DNA of 64,000 bases from a bacterium (GTDB taxonomy: Bacteria > Patescibacteriota > Microgenomatia > UBA8517), in assembly GCA_030583725.1 (NCBI GenBank), contig CP129472.1, positions 64,286-128,285 of the forward strand, written 5' to 3'. The notes below the pieces were generated by a model, which was not told the DNA's origin, did not search any database, and saw only the letters and a list, made by a program, of their open reading frames with translations. Within the stretch, counting starts at the first letter, position 1. Each line of letters opens with the position of its first letter. Both the position numbers and the translations under genes were made by a program. Below, piece by piece: positions 27,142 through 36,003 of the stretch.

Positions 27142-27690
27142 TTATTGGTCTCCTACCCTCAGACCTTTAATGTCGCTTATTACTTCAATTAACAATCGAT
27201 GGACCTCTTTAAGGTCATCCTTAATAGCCATTAACGAGGTTCTGACTTCTTCAAACACTACTTTAGGGTCTTGTGCTTCAGGTATGCTATTGAGTTTTTC
27301 TTTTAATAATCTAAGATCTGCCTCTACGCTTAGAAGTAATTGTTTTGCCTCTGAAAGCAGTGTTCTTGTATCAACCAAGATGACATTATCGTTTTCTTCC
27401 TCAATTATTTTTATCCTATTCTCGATTCTTGTAATTAATAATTTTAATCTCTCAACCATGGCATCAAGCCTAACAGTTAGTTTGTTGGAGTATGACATAA
27501 TTCTCTCTTTTCTTACCAAACTTAATTTTATTCTATTTTCTTCACCAGAATTTTTAAGTTCAGTCCTAACTTTAGCGTTTATTACAACTCCTGGGGTTGG
27601 TCTAGATTTTTCACCTTGAGCGGAAACTAAAACTGGAGTCGCTAATACTAAAAAAAGAAATGAAACTAGAAGTAAAAACTTAACTTTCAT
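27142..27690 (-). CDS. Secreted coiled-coil protein
   Basis: Signal peptide 'LLVSFLFLVLATPVLVSAQ', then helical repeats. Confidence 0.4.
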   Translation of the reverse strand: MKVKFLLLVSFLFLVLATPVLVSAQGEKSRPTPGVVINAKVRTELKNSGEENRIKLSLVRKERIMSYSNKLTVRLDAMVERLKLLITRIENRIKIIEEENDNVILVDTRTLLSEAKQLLLSVEADLRLLKEKLNSIPEAQDPKVVFEEVRTSLMAIKDDLKEVHRLLIEVISDIKGLRVGDQ

Positions 27691-27826
27691 AAATAAATAT
27701 TAAACTAATACTAAAAAGATTGCAAGTATACAGAAAAAGATAATAATTGGTATGAATAATAGAAAAACTTCTAGGCTGTTATGCTCCTTTTTTGTAAGTT
27801 TGTGTATAGTATCCATATTTGCTGTG

Positions 27827-27908
27827 TGTCGGAGACAGGAATCGAACCTGCAAGGATTGCTCCACAGGTTCCTAAAACCTGCGCGTCTACCAATTTCGCC
27901 ACTCCGAC
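27827..27908 (-). tRNA. tRNA-Leu (anticodon TAG)
   Basis: Manual fold: GUCGGAG acceptor, 3-bp D-stem with 11-nt D-loop, anticodon arm CAGGU-UUUAGGA-ACCUG, long variable arm, T-arm GCAGG-UUCGAUU-CCUGU, discriminator A. Confidence 0.8.
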
Positions 27909-27944
27909 ATTTTTAATCTTATGAGAAATTGGCCAAGCTTTGCT

Positions 27945-27965
27945 TACCAATTTCGCCACTCCGAC
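27945..27965 (-). repeat. 21-nt duplicate of the tRNA-Leu 5' end, 37 nt upstream of tRNA-Leu(TAG), followed by 'ttggccaatttc'
   Basis: The reverse complement 'gtcggagtggcgaaattggta' is identical to tRNA positions 1-21. Confidence 0.7.
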
Positions 27966-27992
27966 ATTACTAATATATTATACAACCTAAAA

Positions 27993-28020
27993 CAAAAAAA
28001 AGCCCCCTCTTTTGGAGGGG
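27993..28020 (-). terminator. Rho-independent terminator (minus strand) after the methyltransferase gene
   Basis: Hairpin CCCCTC-TTTTG-GAGGGG followed by a T-run on the minus strand. Confidence 0.5.
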
Positions 28021-28117
28021 ACTTGTAAAAATTCAAACGCCTTACACTGTAAACAGTGAAAGCCTCGGAACGTAGTGGTACTATAGCATATGACTATGGG
28101 TATGTCAAGCTTTGGAG

Positions 28118-28879
28118 CTAACTATCCCTTTTTCTTGCGAGTACAAACATTGATGGTCCAAATAGTACCTTGGCTAGTGGCAACTGAAGTGCTTTCTCAA
28201 GGTCAATTAATGAAGCTATTGGAAACAATCTTTTAAGAAGAGTAGATCTGATGTTTGACACTGATCTAACTTGGATGATTTCAAAATCGTTTTCAACAAG
28301 CTTTTCAAGTATTTGATCAGGATGATAATTTATAAATGGTAAAGTACCCCTTTTTATGAACTTTTTACTTCTTAGGTCGATTGGAAAGATGTTAATAGGA
28401 TATGTGAAGTCACCTTTAATTATATTTCTCAAACTTGCTTTTAAATTACTTTTGTTGGGGAATTCTAATATAAAGTAGCCTTTATTGGATAATAGCTTAT
28501 TAACTATTTTGAATGCATTGTCTATGTTATCAATATGGTGAAGTACTCTCACCATAACAACAAGGTCAAATTTGCGTAAGTCTTTACGGTTACTTAAGTT
28601 TTGTAAACTGGACTGTATAAATTCAATATTTCCAAATTTCTTTTGACTTCTCATTGCTTTTGAAAGAAGTTTCGCAGACGGATCAGTTAAAACAATTTTC
28701 TTAGATCTAAACTTATAGGCAGGAACTAGTCTCCCGTAGCCTGCACCTATTTCAATAACCTTGCGTATGCTGGATATTTTAGTAAGAAAGCCTTTAATTG
28801 CAAAAAATTCTGACAAATGTTCGTATTCCCTATTCTTCCAATATGACGGGTAATCATATGTATCATATGCAGCTGGCAT
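28118..28879 (-). CDS. Class I SAM-dependent methyltransferase
   Basis: Motif I 'VIEIGAGYGRLVP'; post-I acidic residue 'LTDPS'. Confidence 0.7.
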   Translation of the reverse strand: MPAAYDTYDYPSYWKNREYEHLSEFFAIKGFLTKISSIRKVIEIGAGYGRLVPAYKFRSKKIVLTDPSAKLLSKAMRSQKKFGNIEFIQSSLQNLSNRKDLRKFDLVVMVRVLHHIDNIDNAFKIVNKLLSNKGYFILEFPNKSNLKASLRNIIKGDFTYPINIFPIDLRSKKFIKRGTLPFINYHPDQILEKLVENDFEIIQVRSVSNIRSTLLKRLFPIASLIDLEKALQLPLAKVLFGPSMFVLARKRDS

Positions 28880-29002
28880 TGTAAGGGTATTATAGCATTT
28901 ATGCTGAATCTCATAGCATTATATGCTGAATCTCATAGCATTCCATTGCAGTCATAAGTAAACTTACATCTCGATGACTCGATGCAAGCAAGCTTGTAAT
29001 GT

Positions 29003-29623
29003 CTATTCCATAGCCATCATGAACTGATTTACACCTTTGGCCCATGCGCCGTCTGGTGAGTTTGGGGTATATTTAGTCCATATAGTGTCTGGGGTTGTTA
29101 GTCCTTTATCAATATATTCTTTTTTCAAACCTCTCATAACTGTGTCTATTGCTTCTTCATATGAATTAAAACCTAATGTTCCCCTGCTGTGGATACCCCA
29201 ACCCCAACAGTTGTATGTATTTGGTGGAATAATTTTACAAAGATTAGATTCTTGCTGTCCTATGGCAGGTATTAATCTGTAATCTAAGCCATATTCGTCA
29301 GCTTTTTCAACCATATAATTTTCTAAACCAACAAGTGGAGAGTTATATCTTATCAGGTACTGTCGAATTAGCTCAGGCCTTGCATCAACTGCATTATATG
29401 TTCCTGAAACTGTTGGAAACTCACTAGGTAGTGAGGCATATATTTTTACGCTACCTTGGCTGGTATTTTCAACTTCAACTACACTACTACTTTTAAATGA
29501 AAAAAGAGAAAATATAGAAATAGCAATTGTAATAGGTGTAATACTAAAAAATATTGCAACTAATAGTAAGTTTTTCCAAAAATCAAAAGAAGGTTTCTCT
29601 TCGATACTCACAATCGTTTGCAT
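29003..29623 (-). CDS. Membrane-anchored protein with a possible lysozyme-like / lytic-transglycosylase-like domain (tentative)
   Basis: N-terminal TM; 'AIGQQESNL...YNCWGWGI' loosely resembles the SLT E-S motif region. Confidence 0.35.
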   Translation of the reverse strand: MQTIVSIEEKPSFDFWKNLLLVAIFFSITPITIAISIFSLFSFKSSSVVEVENTSQGSVKIYASLPSEFPTVSGTYNAVDARPELIRQYLIRYNSPLVGLENYMVEKADEYGLDYRLIPAIGQQESNLCKIIPPNTYNCWGWGIHSRGTLGFNSYEEAIDTVMRGLKKEYIDKGLTTPDTIWTKYTPNSPDGAWAKGVNQFMMAME

Positions 29624-29641
29624 ATAGTTTAGAATGACATA

Positions 29642-31345
29642 CTAAAAAGTTATAGTCAAGTTTGATATACTACCAATAGTTCTTGGAAACAAAAAAAATG
29701 CCGAGATGCTGAAATTGGTAAGAACCTTGGCCAATTTCAACACACAATAAGCCGAGATGCTGAAATTGGTAGACAGGCACGTCTCAGAAGCGTGTGTCGA
29801 AAGACATGAGAGTTCAAGTCTCTCTCTCGGCACCATTTTGCGACTTGGCGGGTCGGCACGAAGTGCCGACCAAGCGTTTAGCCCATCCCCTTGGAGTTTT
29901 TTGTTCTGGAGTTGCAGGTTCGAGCCGAAGATTTTTGAGGCGAGGACCTTAATTTGTTCTTTATCGTTAGTTGATATTATTTGATCTACTTCACTAGCTT
30001 CATTTATCCATTTTTTCATGGGTTCGAGCCAATTGCCTTGTGATCTTTTAAGAGAAAGGATTTGTTCCTCGATTGTTTTCTTTTTGGAAACTAATTCCAA
30101 TTTTTTATTTTGAAAAGTTTCTATATCAATTACTTGATCAAGATATGAGTCAAGAAGAAGTTTTAATTTTAAATTAATAGTTTCTAAATCCTTTCTCTTG
30201 TCATTTATGACCTCAAGGCAAGACTTGGCTATATCTGATTCTTCTTGTTTTAGTTTAGATAACATCTGATTAGCCCAAGTCTTTTTCAAAGAGTATTTTT
30301 TGATGAGTGTGGTGAGTTGTGGTTCAAGATAAATATCTCTTAGATACTTTTGACTACACTTTATATATTTATTCTTTTTAGTACAGTGATAGTAGGTATA
30401 TCTAACATTTCTATTAGTACCTTTATAATATTTATCTTGAACTTCGGCTGATATCATCATGCCACACTCACCACACCTAATAAGTCCTAAATATGGTTTT
30501 ATAATTCTATTAACTTTGGCTTCTTTCCACTGCCGATTTCTCCTATTTAGGACTTCCTGTACTTCATCAAAAAGTTTCTTTGAAATAATTGGCTCGTGTC
30601 TGCCCTCATACACATCTCCACCGTATGTAAAAACACCGTAGTAAAATGTCTTTTTAAGTAGATATCTTATTTTATCCTCATCAATTCTATTACCTTGTGG
30701 ATTTAAGACCTTTTGTGTTTCCAAAAAGCTAGAAATATCTTTCATTGATTTATCTCCCTTTGAGTACATTTCAAAAGCTTGGGTAATAACAGGCGCAATT
30801 CTTTTATTAACAATAATAGTTTTATTTCGAGTATCATTAATATACCCAAGCGGTGCTTTGCAAGGAAAATTACCATTTCTAGCTTTTTGCCTTAACCCAC
30901 GACGAGTATTTTCTGACAAAGAATCTACATAATATTTGGATTGAGAGAACGAAATTGACAACATGAACTTACCTTGAGAAGTGGGTTCAAACCAAAAGGT
31001 GTTAAATTTGAGGGCAGACAATTTACCTGTGTCCAAGAGGTAAATAATTTTTCCTCCATCAACGGAGTTTCTTGCCAAACGATCCGGATGCCATGAAATT
31101 ATCCCAGAAGCACGACCTTTTTCAATATTTTCTATCATTTTATTAAAAACTGGTCGTCCAGGAATTTTGGCAGATTGTTTCTCTATTAATTCTTCGACTA
31201 TTTCCAGACCTTCTCGTTTGGCAAGCAAACGAAGTTCGTCGAGTTGACCATCAATTGATTGAACTTGCATATCCTCAACATCTGTAGATTTTCTTGCGTA
31301 GAGGAAAAATTTTCTAGAATTAGGATTATTTACATTAGTAGCCAT
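29642..31345 (-). CDS. Large serine recombinase 2
   Basis: Paralog of recombinases 1 and 3, sharing the catalytic Ser motif 'FFLYARKSTDVEDMQ' and zinc ribbon 'IRCGECGMMIS'. Likely start MATNVNNP at 31345. The ORF has no stop before reading antisense through IR65b and tRNA-Leu, so the true 3' end is uncertain. Confidence 0.85.
   Translation of the reverse strand: MATNVNNPNSRKFFLYARKSTDVEDMQVQSIDGQLDELRLLAKREGLEIVEELIEKQSAKIPGRPVFNKMIENIEKGRASGIISWHPDRLARNSVDGGKIIYLLDTGKLSALKFNTFWFEPTSQGKFMLSISFSQSKYYVDSLSENTRRGLRQKARNGNFPCKAPLGYINDTRNKTIIVNKRIAPVITQAFEMYSKGDKSMKDISSFLETQKVLNPQGNRIDEDKIRYLLKKTFYYGVFTYGGDVYEGRHEPIISKKLFDEVQEVLNRRNRQWKEAKVNRIIKPYLGLIRCGECGMMISAEVQDKYYKGTNRNVRYTYYHCTKKNKYIKCSQKYLRDIYLEPQLTTLIKKYSLKKTWANQMLSKLKQEESDIAKSCLEVINDKRKDLETINLKLKLLLDSYLDQVIDIETFQNKKLELVSKKKTIEEQILSLKRSQGNWLEPMKKWINEASEVDQIISTNDKEQIKVLASKIFGSNLQLQNKKLQGDGLNAWSALRADPPSRKMVPRERLELSCLSTHASETCLSTNFSISAYCVLKLAKVLTNFSISAFFLFPRTIGSISNLTITF
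29700..29720 (+). repeat. 21-nt duplicate of the tRNA-Leu(CAG) 5' end, 30 nt upstream of the full gene, followed by 'ttggccaatttc'
   Basis: 'gccgagatgctgaaattggta' occurs at 29700 and again at 29751 (start of the tRNA). Confidence 0.7.
29751..29832 (+). tRNA. tRNA-Leu (anticodon CAG)
   Basis: Manual fold: GCCGAGA acceptor, anticodon arm CACGU-CUCAGAA-GCGUG, long variable arm, T-arm GAGAG-UUCAAGU-CUCUC, discriminator A. Confidence 0.8.
29830..29896. repeat. IR65b (abuts the tRNA-Leu 3' end); partner 31435..31503
   Basis: 'gcaccattttgcgacttggcgggtcggcacgaagtgccgaccaagcgtttagcccatcccc' is the reverse complement of the partner; contains the perfect hairpin GGTCGGCAC-GAAG-TGCCGACC. Confidence 0.8.
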
Positions 31346-31354
31346 GCTACTATC

Positions 31355-31384
31355 ATTTATACGCCCGTAAATAATCCGTATCAA
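31355..31384 (-). promoter_or_regulatory. Conserved sigma70-like leaderless promoter of recombinase 2
   Basis: Reverse complement reads ttgata-cggattatttacgggcg-tataaat; ATG 10 nt downstream. Confidence 0.65.
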
Positions 31385-31434
31385 GATATCAAATAATATC
31401 AACTTGTTGTTATGCTTTTTGTGTGGAGTTTTCA

Positions 31435-31503
31435 GTCCGAGGGGATGGGCTAAACGCTTGGTCGGCACTTCGTGCCGACCCGCCAAGTCGCAAAATGGTG
31501 CAT
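31435..31503. repeat. IR65b' (upstream of the recombinase 2 promoter)
   Basis: Reverse complement of 29830..29896. Confidence 0.8.
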
Positions 31504-31698
31504 ATCTATAGTTTAGTCAGAACCTATTTTACCACACATTTTTAATTCTGTAGCGGAGCAACAAGGGAGGGGTTAAAGGGGAAGGAATTGTTGCGGAGCG
31601 TGTTTCCTTGCTCGCCGCTTCGCGGCTCGCAAACCCATATCATGTTTGCGCTCCAGGCCTCCACTCGCTTCGCTCGTTTCGGCCTTCCGCTTACCCAC
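31499..31698. repeat. ~200-bp inverted-repeat arm B (far end). Partner 39274..39480; followed by a ~90-nt inner segment (31699..31790) shared with arm C.
   Basis: Reverse complement of the arm 3' of ncRNA copy B. Hairpins GCAACAA...UUGUUGC and GCCGC-UUC-GCGGC (covaries with GCCAC-UUCG-UGGC in arm A and GCUCCGC-UUCG-GCGGAGC in arm C). Confidence 0.85.
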
Positions 31699-31786
31699 TG
31701 TGTTTTGTTGTTATGCCTAGCCCACGCTTACTGATAACATAGAATACTCATTTGAACTTATGAATACTTATTTTATACAATTGAAG

Positions 31787-32641
31787 CTAGGCAGTGTTTT
31801 TGTTTTCTTTTTTCTTCGCCTGACTATCTGCTTTTTGAAAACGATCCGTTGTCATAAAACTATCTCGAAATTTTAGATTTGTGGCCATAAGTCTTGCATG
31901 TTGATTTTCGTAATCATTAATTAATACTAACTTCTTAAAATCTCGATTAACTTCGTAAATCAAGTTAAGACAAGCAAGACAAGTATTAGAAAGTTGCCAC
32001 AAAGCAGCTTTAACTAGGTATTCATCTTCAATATCAAAAAATAGTGTTTGTGTTTCTGGTGGATTGTTTTTATCAAAAATATGTTTAGTATTTTTGAATG
32101 TATTAACTAAATTAGAATGTGAGTTGAATTGTATTTGCTTCTTTATCTTCTTTAAATCAATAGACCTATCTGAATAATTATCATCTAACCACTTATATCT
32201 TTTTGATTTTAAGTCATTGGACGGATCTAAGATACCAAATTCATCAGTTGCTGCAAAATCTTTATAATTAGGATTAGCAATTGAATAACCAAGGTTGCAT
32301 GAGGCTTCCATGAACAATCGTAAGTTTAAAGATGCCTGCACTGAATGCAAACGGACAATTGAAAACATTGACAAAAGATAAAAATTTCGCATCTCGGTGT
32401 GAAATCTAAGTAACAAATCAGTTCCTTGATCAAAATTTCCAAGATAACCATCAAAAAAATTACTAACTAGCATATATACATCATTTACATGTTTATACAA
32501 ATCTCCATATTTTTGCTGAGATTTTAATAATAATGAATTTTCTTCGATGACAATATCTAATAAAGTGTTTGAATTTAGTATCATTAATTTGATTTTACCA
32601 TTGATTTGACATATTTCACTTTCGACATATAATACGTACAA
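31787..32641 (-). CDS. Hypothetical protein (284 aa)
   Basis: First cargo gene inside element B; no motif recognised. Confidence 0.45.
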   Translation of the reverse strand: MYVLYVESEICQINGKIKLMILNSNTLLDIVIEENSLLLKSQQKYGDLYKHVNDVYMLVSNFFDGYLGNFDQGTDLLLRFHTEMRNFYLLSMFSIVRLHSVQASLNLRLFMEASCNLGYSIANPNYKDFAATDEFGILDPSNDLKSKRYKWLDDNYSDRSIDLKKIKKQIQFNSHSNLVNTFKNTKHIFDKNNPPETQTLFFDIEDEYLVKAALWQLSNTCLACLNLIYEVNRDFKKLVLINDYENQHARLMATNLKFRDSFMTTDRFQKADSQAKKKENKNTA

Positions 32642-33045
32642 AGATGACAGATCGAATATTTAGACTTACTGATCCGGATTTAATTTCTTGTGATACACCA
32701 TGCGAAGAAAAGTTTGCAACCCTAACAGATTCAAGTAAAAGCTTACCCACGGAATATAAAGGTATCCAAACAAAACGTTGTGTTGCCAACAATGCTGCTT
32801 TACGAGGTCAACATTTTGCTGAACAACAACACCCTGATCCAAAAAAGTGCAGGGTCTGCACAATTTATACAGCAACACCAACAACAGTTGACAGTGCTTC
32901 TACTGAAGCGTAAAATCATCCTTATGAATATGAATTTTACTACCGCTACAATAATTCTCTCTAGGAGAGGTTAATTTGTAGTGGGAGGAACTTAAAAAGT
33001 TCAGATAACTCTCACTTACCTGAGAGTTTTTTTATATCTAAAAAT

Positions 33046-33558
33046 ATGGAACAACTAAAATCAAGATTAGCAACTACAAACGATGAGAAATATGCCTCTC
33101 AAATATCTGGTTGGACAAAAGAATCTGGAACAATGCTTCCTAAAACTGTTGATGATTTAATGGCTCTGTTTAGTAATAATGACTCTGTATTGGTTTTTGA
33201 CGATGAAGGAGCTTTGGTCAGTCATGCAGCAATAACTTATACATATTCGGACGGTAGTGTAGAAATTGGGTGCGTAATCACAGATCGTGAAAAAAGAAAA
33301 AATGGTGCAGCCACCCAAGCGGTTAAGCAAATTTTAGTTTTGGCGGACGAAAAATACCCAGGTAACAAGAAATTTGCATTAGCTAATGAACATAGTTCTG
33401 CATTGTTTGAAAAAATTGGTGCCATAAAAATACCAACAACAGAACTTTCAGCAGAAGTTTGGATACCATGCAAAACATGCCCTAGAATACCAAAACAGAA
33501 ATCTGGACAACCATTTGTGTGTTGTGATACACCTTATGACTTAACCAATATCAGATAG
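33046..33558 (+). CDS. GNAT-family N-acetyltransferase (tentative)
   Basis: 'VEIGCVITDREKRKNGAATQAVKQ' resembles the acetyl-CoA binding motif A. Confidence 0.5.
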   Translation: MEQLKSRLATTNDEKYASQISGWTKESGTMLPKTVDDLMALFSNNDSVLVFDDEGALVSHAAITYTYSDGSVEIGCVITDREKRKNGAATQAVKQILVLADEKYPGNKKFALANEHSSALFEKIGAIKIPTTELSAEVWIPCKTCPRIPKQKSGQPFVCCDTPYDLTNIR

Positions 33559-34623
33559 AAAAGCTGATACTATTTCTGTAAGTCTCTCTAAATTTTTAAT
33601 AGATATTTTTTCATTTGTAGTATGTGGATCCTCTACTCCATCACTAAGATTTACAACTTGAATCCCAGCATTTACTAATGGGTTTGCATCACTTATTCCT
33701 GTTGGTTTATCAAATGAGGTCTTGATACCAAGTTTATTATAAATAGAAACTATTTTTAATATAAACGGATCATTTTCTTTGTGATTATAACCACTGCAAT
33801 ATCCATCAAGTTTTAGTTCTATTTCGACATCTGAATATTTAGATTTAATATCAACAACATGCTTATTTAATTCTTCGATATGAACATCAAATTTCTTTTT
33901 ATTTAAACTTCTAATTTCACCTTGAACAATCGTTTTATTCGGAACTGTATTAATACCTATACCTGAGTTAACTACACCAATGTTAATTGTTGTTTCTCCG
34001 TTATCAAATCTACCAATTTTTATTTTATCCATAAATTTAATTGCAGGTGATAATGAGTTAATACCTTCCTCTGGTCGAGATGAATGCGCAGACTTACCTA
34101 TAAAAGTTACCTTAAAATTGTAAATATAAGGTGAAGACAAAACAATTCTTCCAAATGGTCTAGCGTAATCAATAGTCAAGCCAACTTTCGATTTAATCCA
34201 TTCAAATGGAAAAAATTCTAAACCACCTCCAGTTTCTTCTTTGACTGAAAATAATAATTCGATATTTGGTAGTTTGTTATTTTTTTCTTTATATTCTTCT
34301 ATAGCACAAATTATTGCAGATATTGATGCTTTATTATCAGCTCCCAAAATAGTTTTTCCATCAGATTGAATATAGTCATTTTGAATAATTGGATTAATGC
34401 TATTCCCTGGTTCTACAGTGTCCATATGAGAACTTAATAACAATTCGGGACTGTCGTTACCTTTTTCTATGGCTAAAATTGATCCTAATTTATCTTGCTT
34501 CCACTTAAATCCTACTTTTTTTAGCCAATTCTTAATATATATAGCCATGTCCTGTTCATTTCCAGAAACGCTATCTATTTTTACAATAGTTGTAAATATA
34601 TCGGCTATTTTCATATTATTCAT
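33541..34623 (-). CDS. M20/M42 metallopeptidase (PepT / ArgE-DapE-like)
   Basis: 'LLLSSHMDTVEPG', metal-binding His/Asp/Glu pattern; 360 aa. Confidence 0.7.
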   Translation of the reverse strand: MNNMKIADIFTTIVKIDSVSGNEQDMAIYIKNWLKKVGFKWKQDKLGSILAIEKGNDSPELLLSSHMDTVEPGNSINPIIQNDYIQSDGKTILGADNKASISAIICAIEEYKEKNNKLPNIELLFSVKEETGGGLEFFPFEWIKSKVGLTIDYARPFGRIVLSSPYIYNFKVTFIGKSAHSSRPEEGINSLSPAIKFMDKIKIGRFDNGETTINIGVVNSGIGINTVPNKTIVQGEIRSLNKKKFDVHIEELNKHVVDIKSKYSDVEIELKLDGYCSGYNHKENDPFILKIVSIYNKLGIKTSFDKPTGISDANPLVNAGIQVVNLSDGVEDPHTTNEKISIKNLERLTEIVSAFLSDIG

Positions 34624-34778
34624 ATCTTACTCTAACCTTGGTCTACTTGACAATACGCATGAGTAGATATATATTACAGGGTAATTTCAATATGAACATT
34701 AGATTAATTAACAGAAGGAGACAAATTTGTCTCTAGTAAACCTACCCGCTTATATAGCGGGTTTTTTAATATAAAAAT

Positions 34779-36002
34779 ATGCAACACGATATACAAAACG
34801 AAGAACGAGAAGCTGAAAATAGAGCACTCAAAGTAAACGAGGAGACATCAAAACTAACTAAAGTTTTAATGTGGGGTGCTCCTGGTTCTGAAACAGTTCT
34901 TGGACAATTACTCCCTAGTAAAATAAGTTGTTTTGAAACCCAGTTTGATGTGCTTGGAGCAAGAACAGAGTTTGAAACAGCCAAATCAATACTTACTTCC
35001 CAAGGAGTAGAAGTTATTCAAGTTAAAGACTTGATGGCTAAAATGATAGACGAGCAAGGATTGAAGCCTGAGGGGAACTTTGAAGGATTACGAAAAAATA
35101 TTGAGACGCGAGCATTAGGATATTCCGAAAAATATAAAGGTCAGGGAATTTCTGATGTTGAAGAAGTACTAAGCTGGTTAGATGAAGTATTAGAAGCTGA
35201 TGCAAAAAAATACGGGGTTGAAACCGCTACTTTAATGAATGAGGTTTTGTCATTAAAAAGTGAATTACCACTCTCAAATGTTTTGTATGCTAGAGATCAA
35301 TCAAATTTATTAGGTAGGACTTTTGTATGGTCATCTATGAGACATCAGATTAGACAACCAGAAGTGCATCTTTTCAAAACAGTCCTTAATCATAGTGGAA
35401 TTTTAGAATCAAAAGGTCTACAACAAGTACAAATTAACGGTAATGGAAGATTTGAGGGTGGAGATGGAATTGCAAACGCAGGGATTTTTTATGTTGGTGT
35501 CGGAGGTAGATCAAACACAGAAGGTGTGCTGCAGGCTTCTGAATCAATTATCTCGAAGGGTGGAAGAGTAATGATATCAATTGACAGTGATCGTGATTCA
35601 GGAGCTAATGAGATGGATGCAATGCATCTTGATACATTCTGGATGCCTGTTGGCATTAATCAAATTGTGGCCTGCAGAGATGAAATTAACAGAAGACAAA
35701 TTTTAGAAGTTGTAGGTAATCCTCTTTCGGGATTAAGACTTGAAGATCGGGGTAGTTTTATTGATCATCTTAATGAAAGAAATGTAGAACTTATTCCACT
35801 CACAAAAGAAGAACAGTTAGCCTACGCACCAAATTTCTTGAATCTAGGAAACAAAACAGTAGTCTTATCACTAGCTGATGGTAACAACTTAACAGGTGAA
35901 CTTGAGAAACGTGGTTTTACTGTGTTTAATGCAAATCTCAAAAATATTACTAAGGGTTATGGTGGGTTACATTGCATGACCGCCGCTATTAAAAGGGAGT
36001 AA
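34779..36002 (+). CDS. Amidinotransferase-superfamily enzyme, arginine deiminase-like
   Basis: 407 aa; C-terminal nucleophile region 'GYGGLHCMTAAI' as in ADI 'GGGxRCMS'. Confidence 0.55.
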   Translation: MQHDIQNEEREAENRALKVNEETSKLTKVLMWGAPGSETVLGQLLPSKISCFETQFDVLGARTEFETAKSILTSQGVEVIQVKDLMAKMIDEQGLKPEGNFEGLRKNIETRALGYSEKYKGQGISDVEEVLSWLDEVLEADAKKYGVETATLMNEVLSLKSELPLSNVLYARDQSNLLGRTFVWSSMRHQIRQPEVHLFKTVLNHSGILESKGLQQVQINGNGRFEGGDGIANAGIFYVGVGGRSNTEGVLQASESIISKGGRVMISIDSDRDSGANEMDAMHLDTFWMPVGINQIVACRDEINRRQILEVVGNPLSGLRLEDRGSFIDHLNERNVELIPLTKEEQLAYAPNFLNLGNKTVVLSLADGNNLTGELEKRGFTVFNANLKNITKGYGGLHCMTAAIKRE

Positions 36003-36003
36003 A

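Noticed and set aside
32644-32974. ORFs 32644..32913 and 32780..32974 in the intergenic region upstream of the GNAT gene
   Set aside because: Low-complexity translations of a CA/AC-rich stretch (caacaacaacacc...). No RBS or motif.
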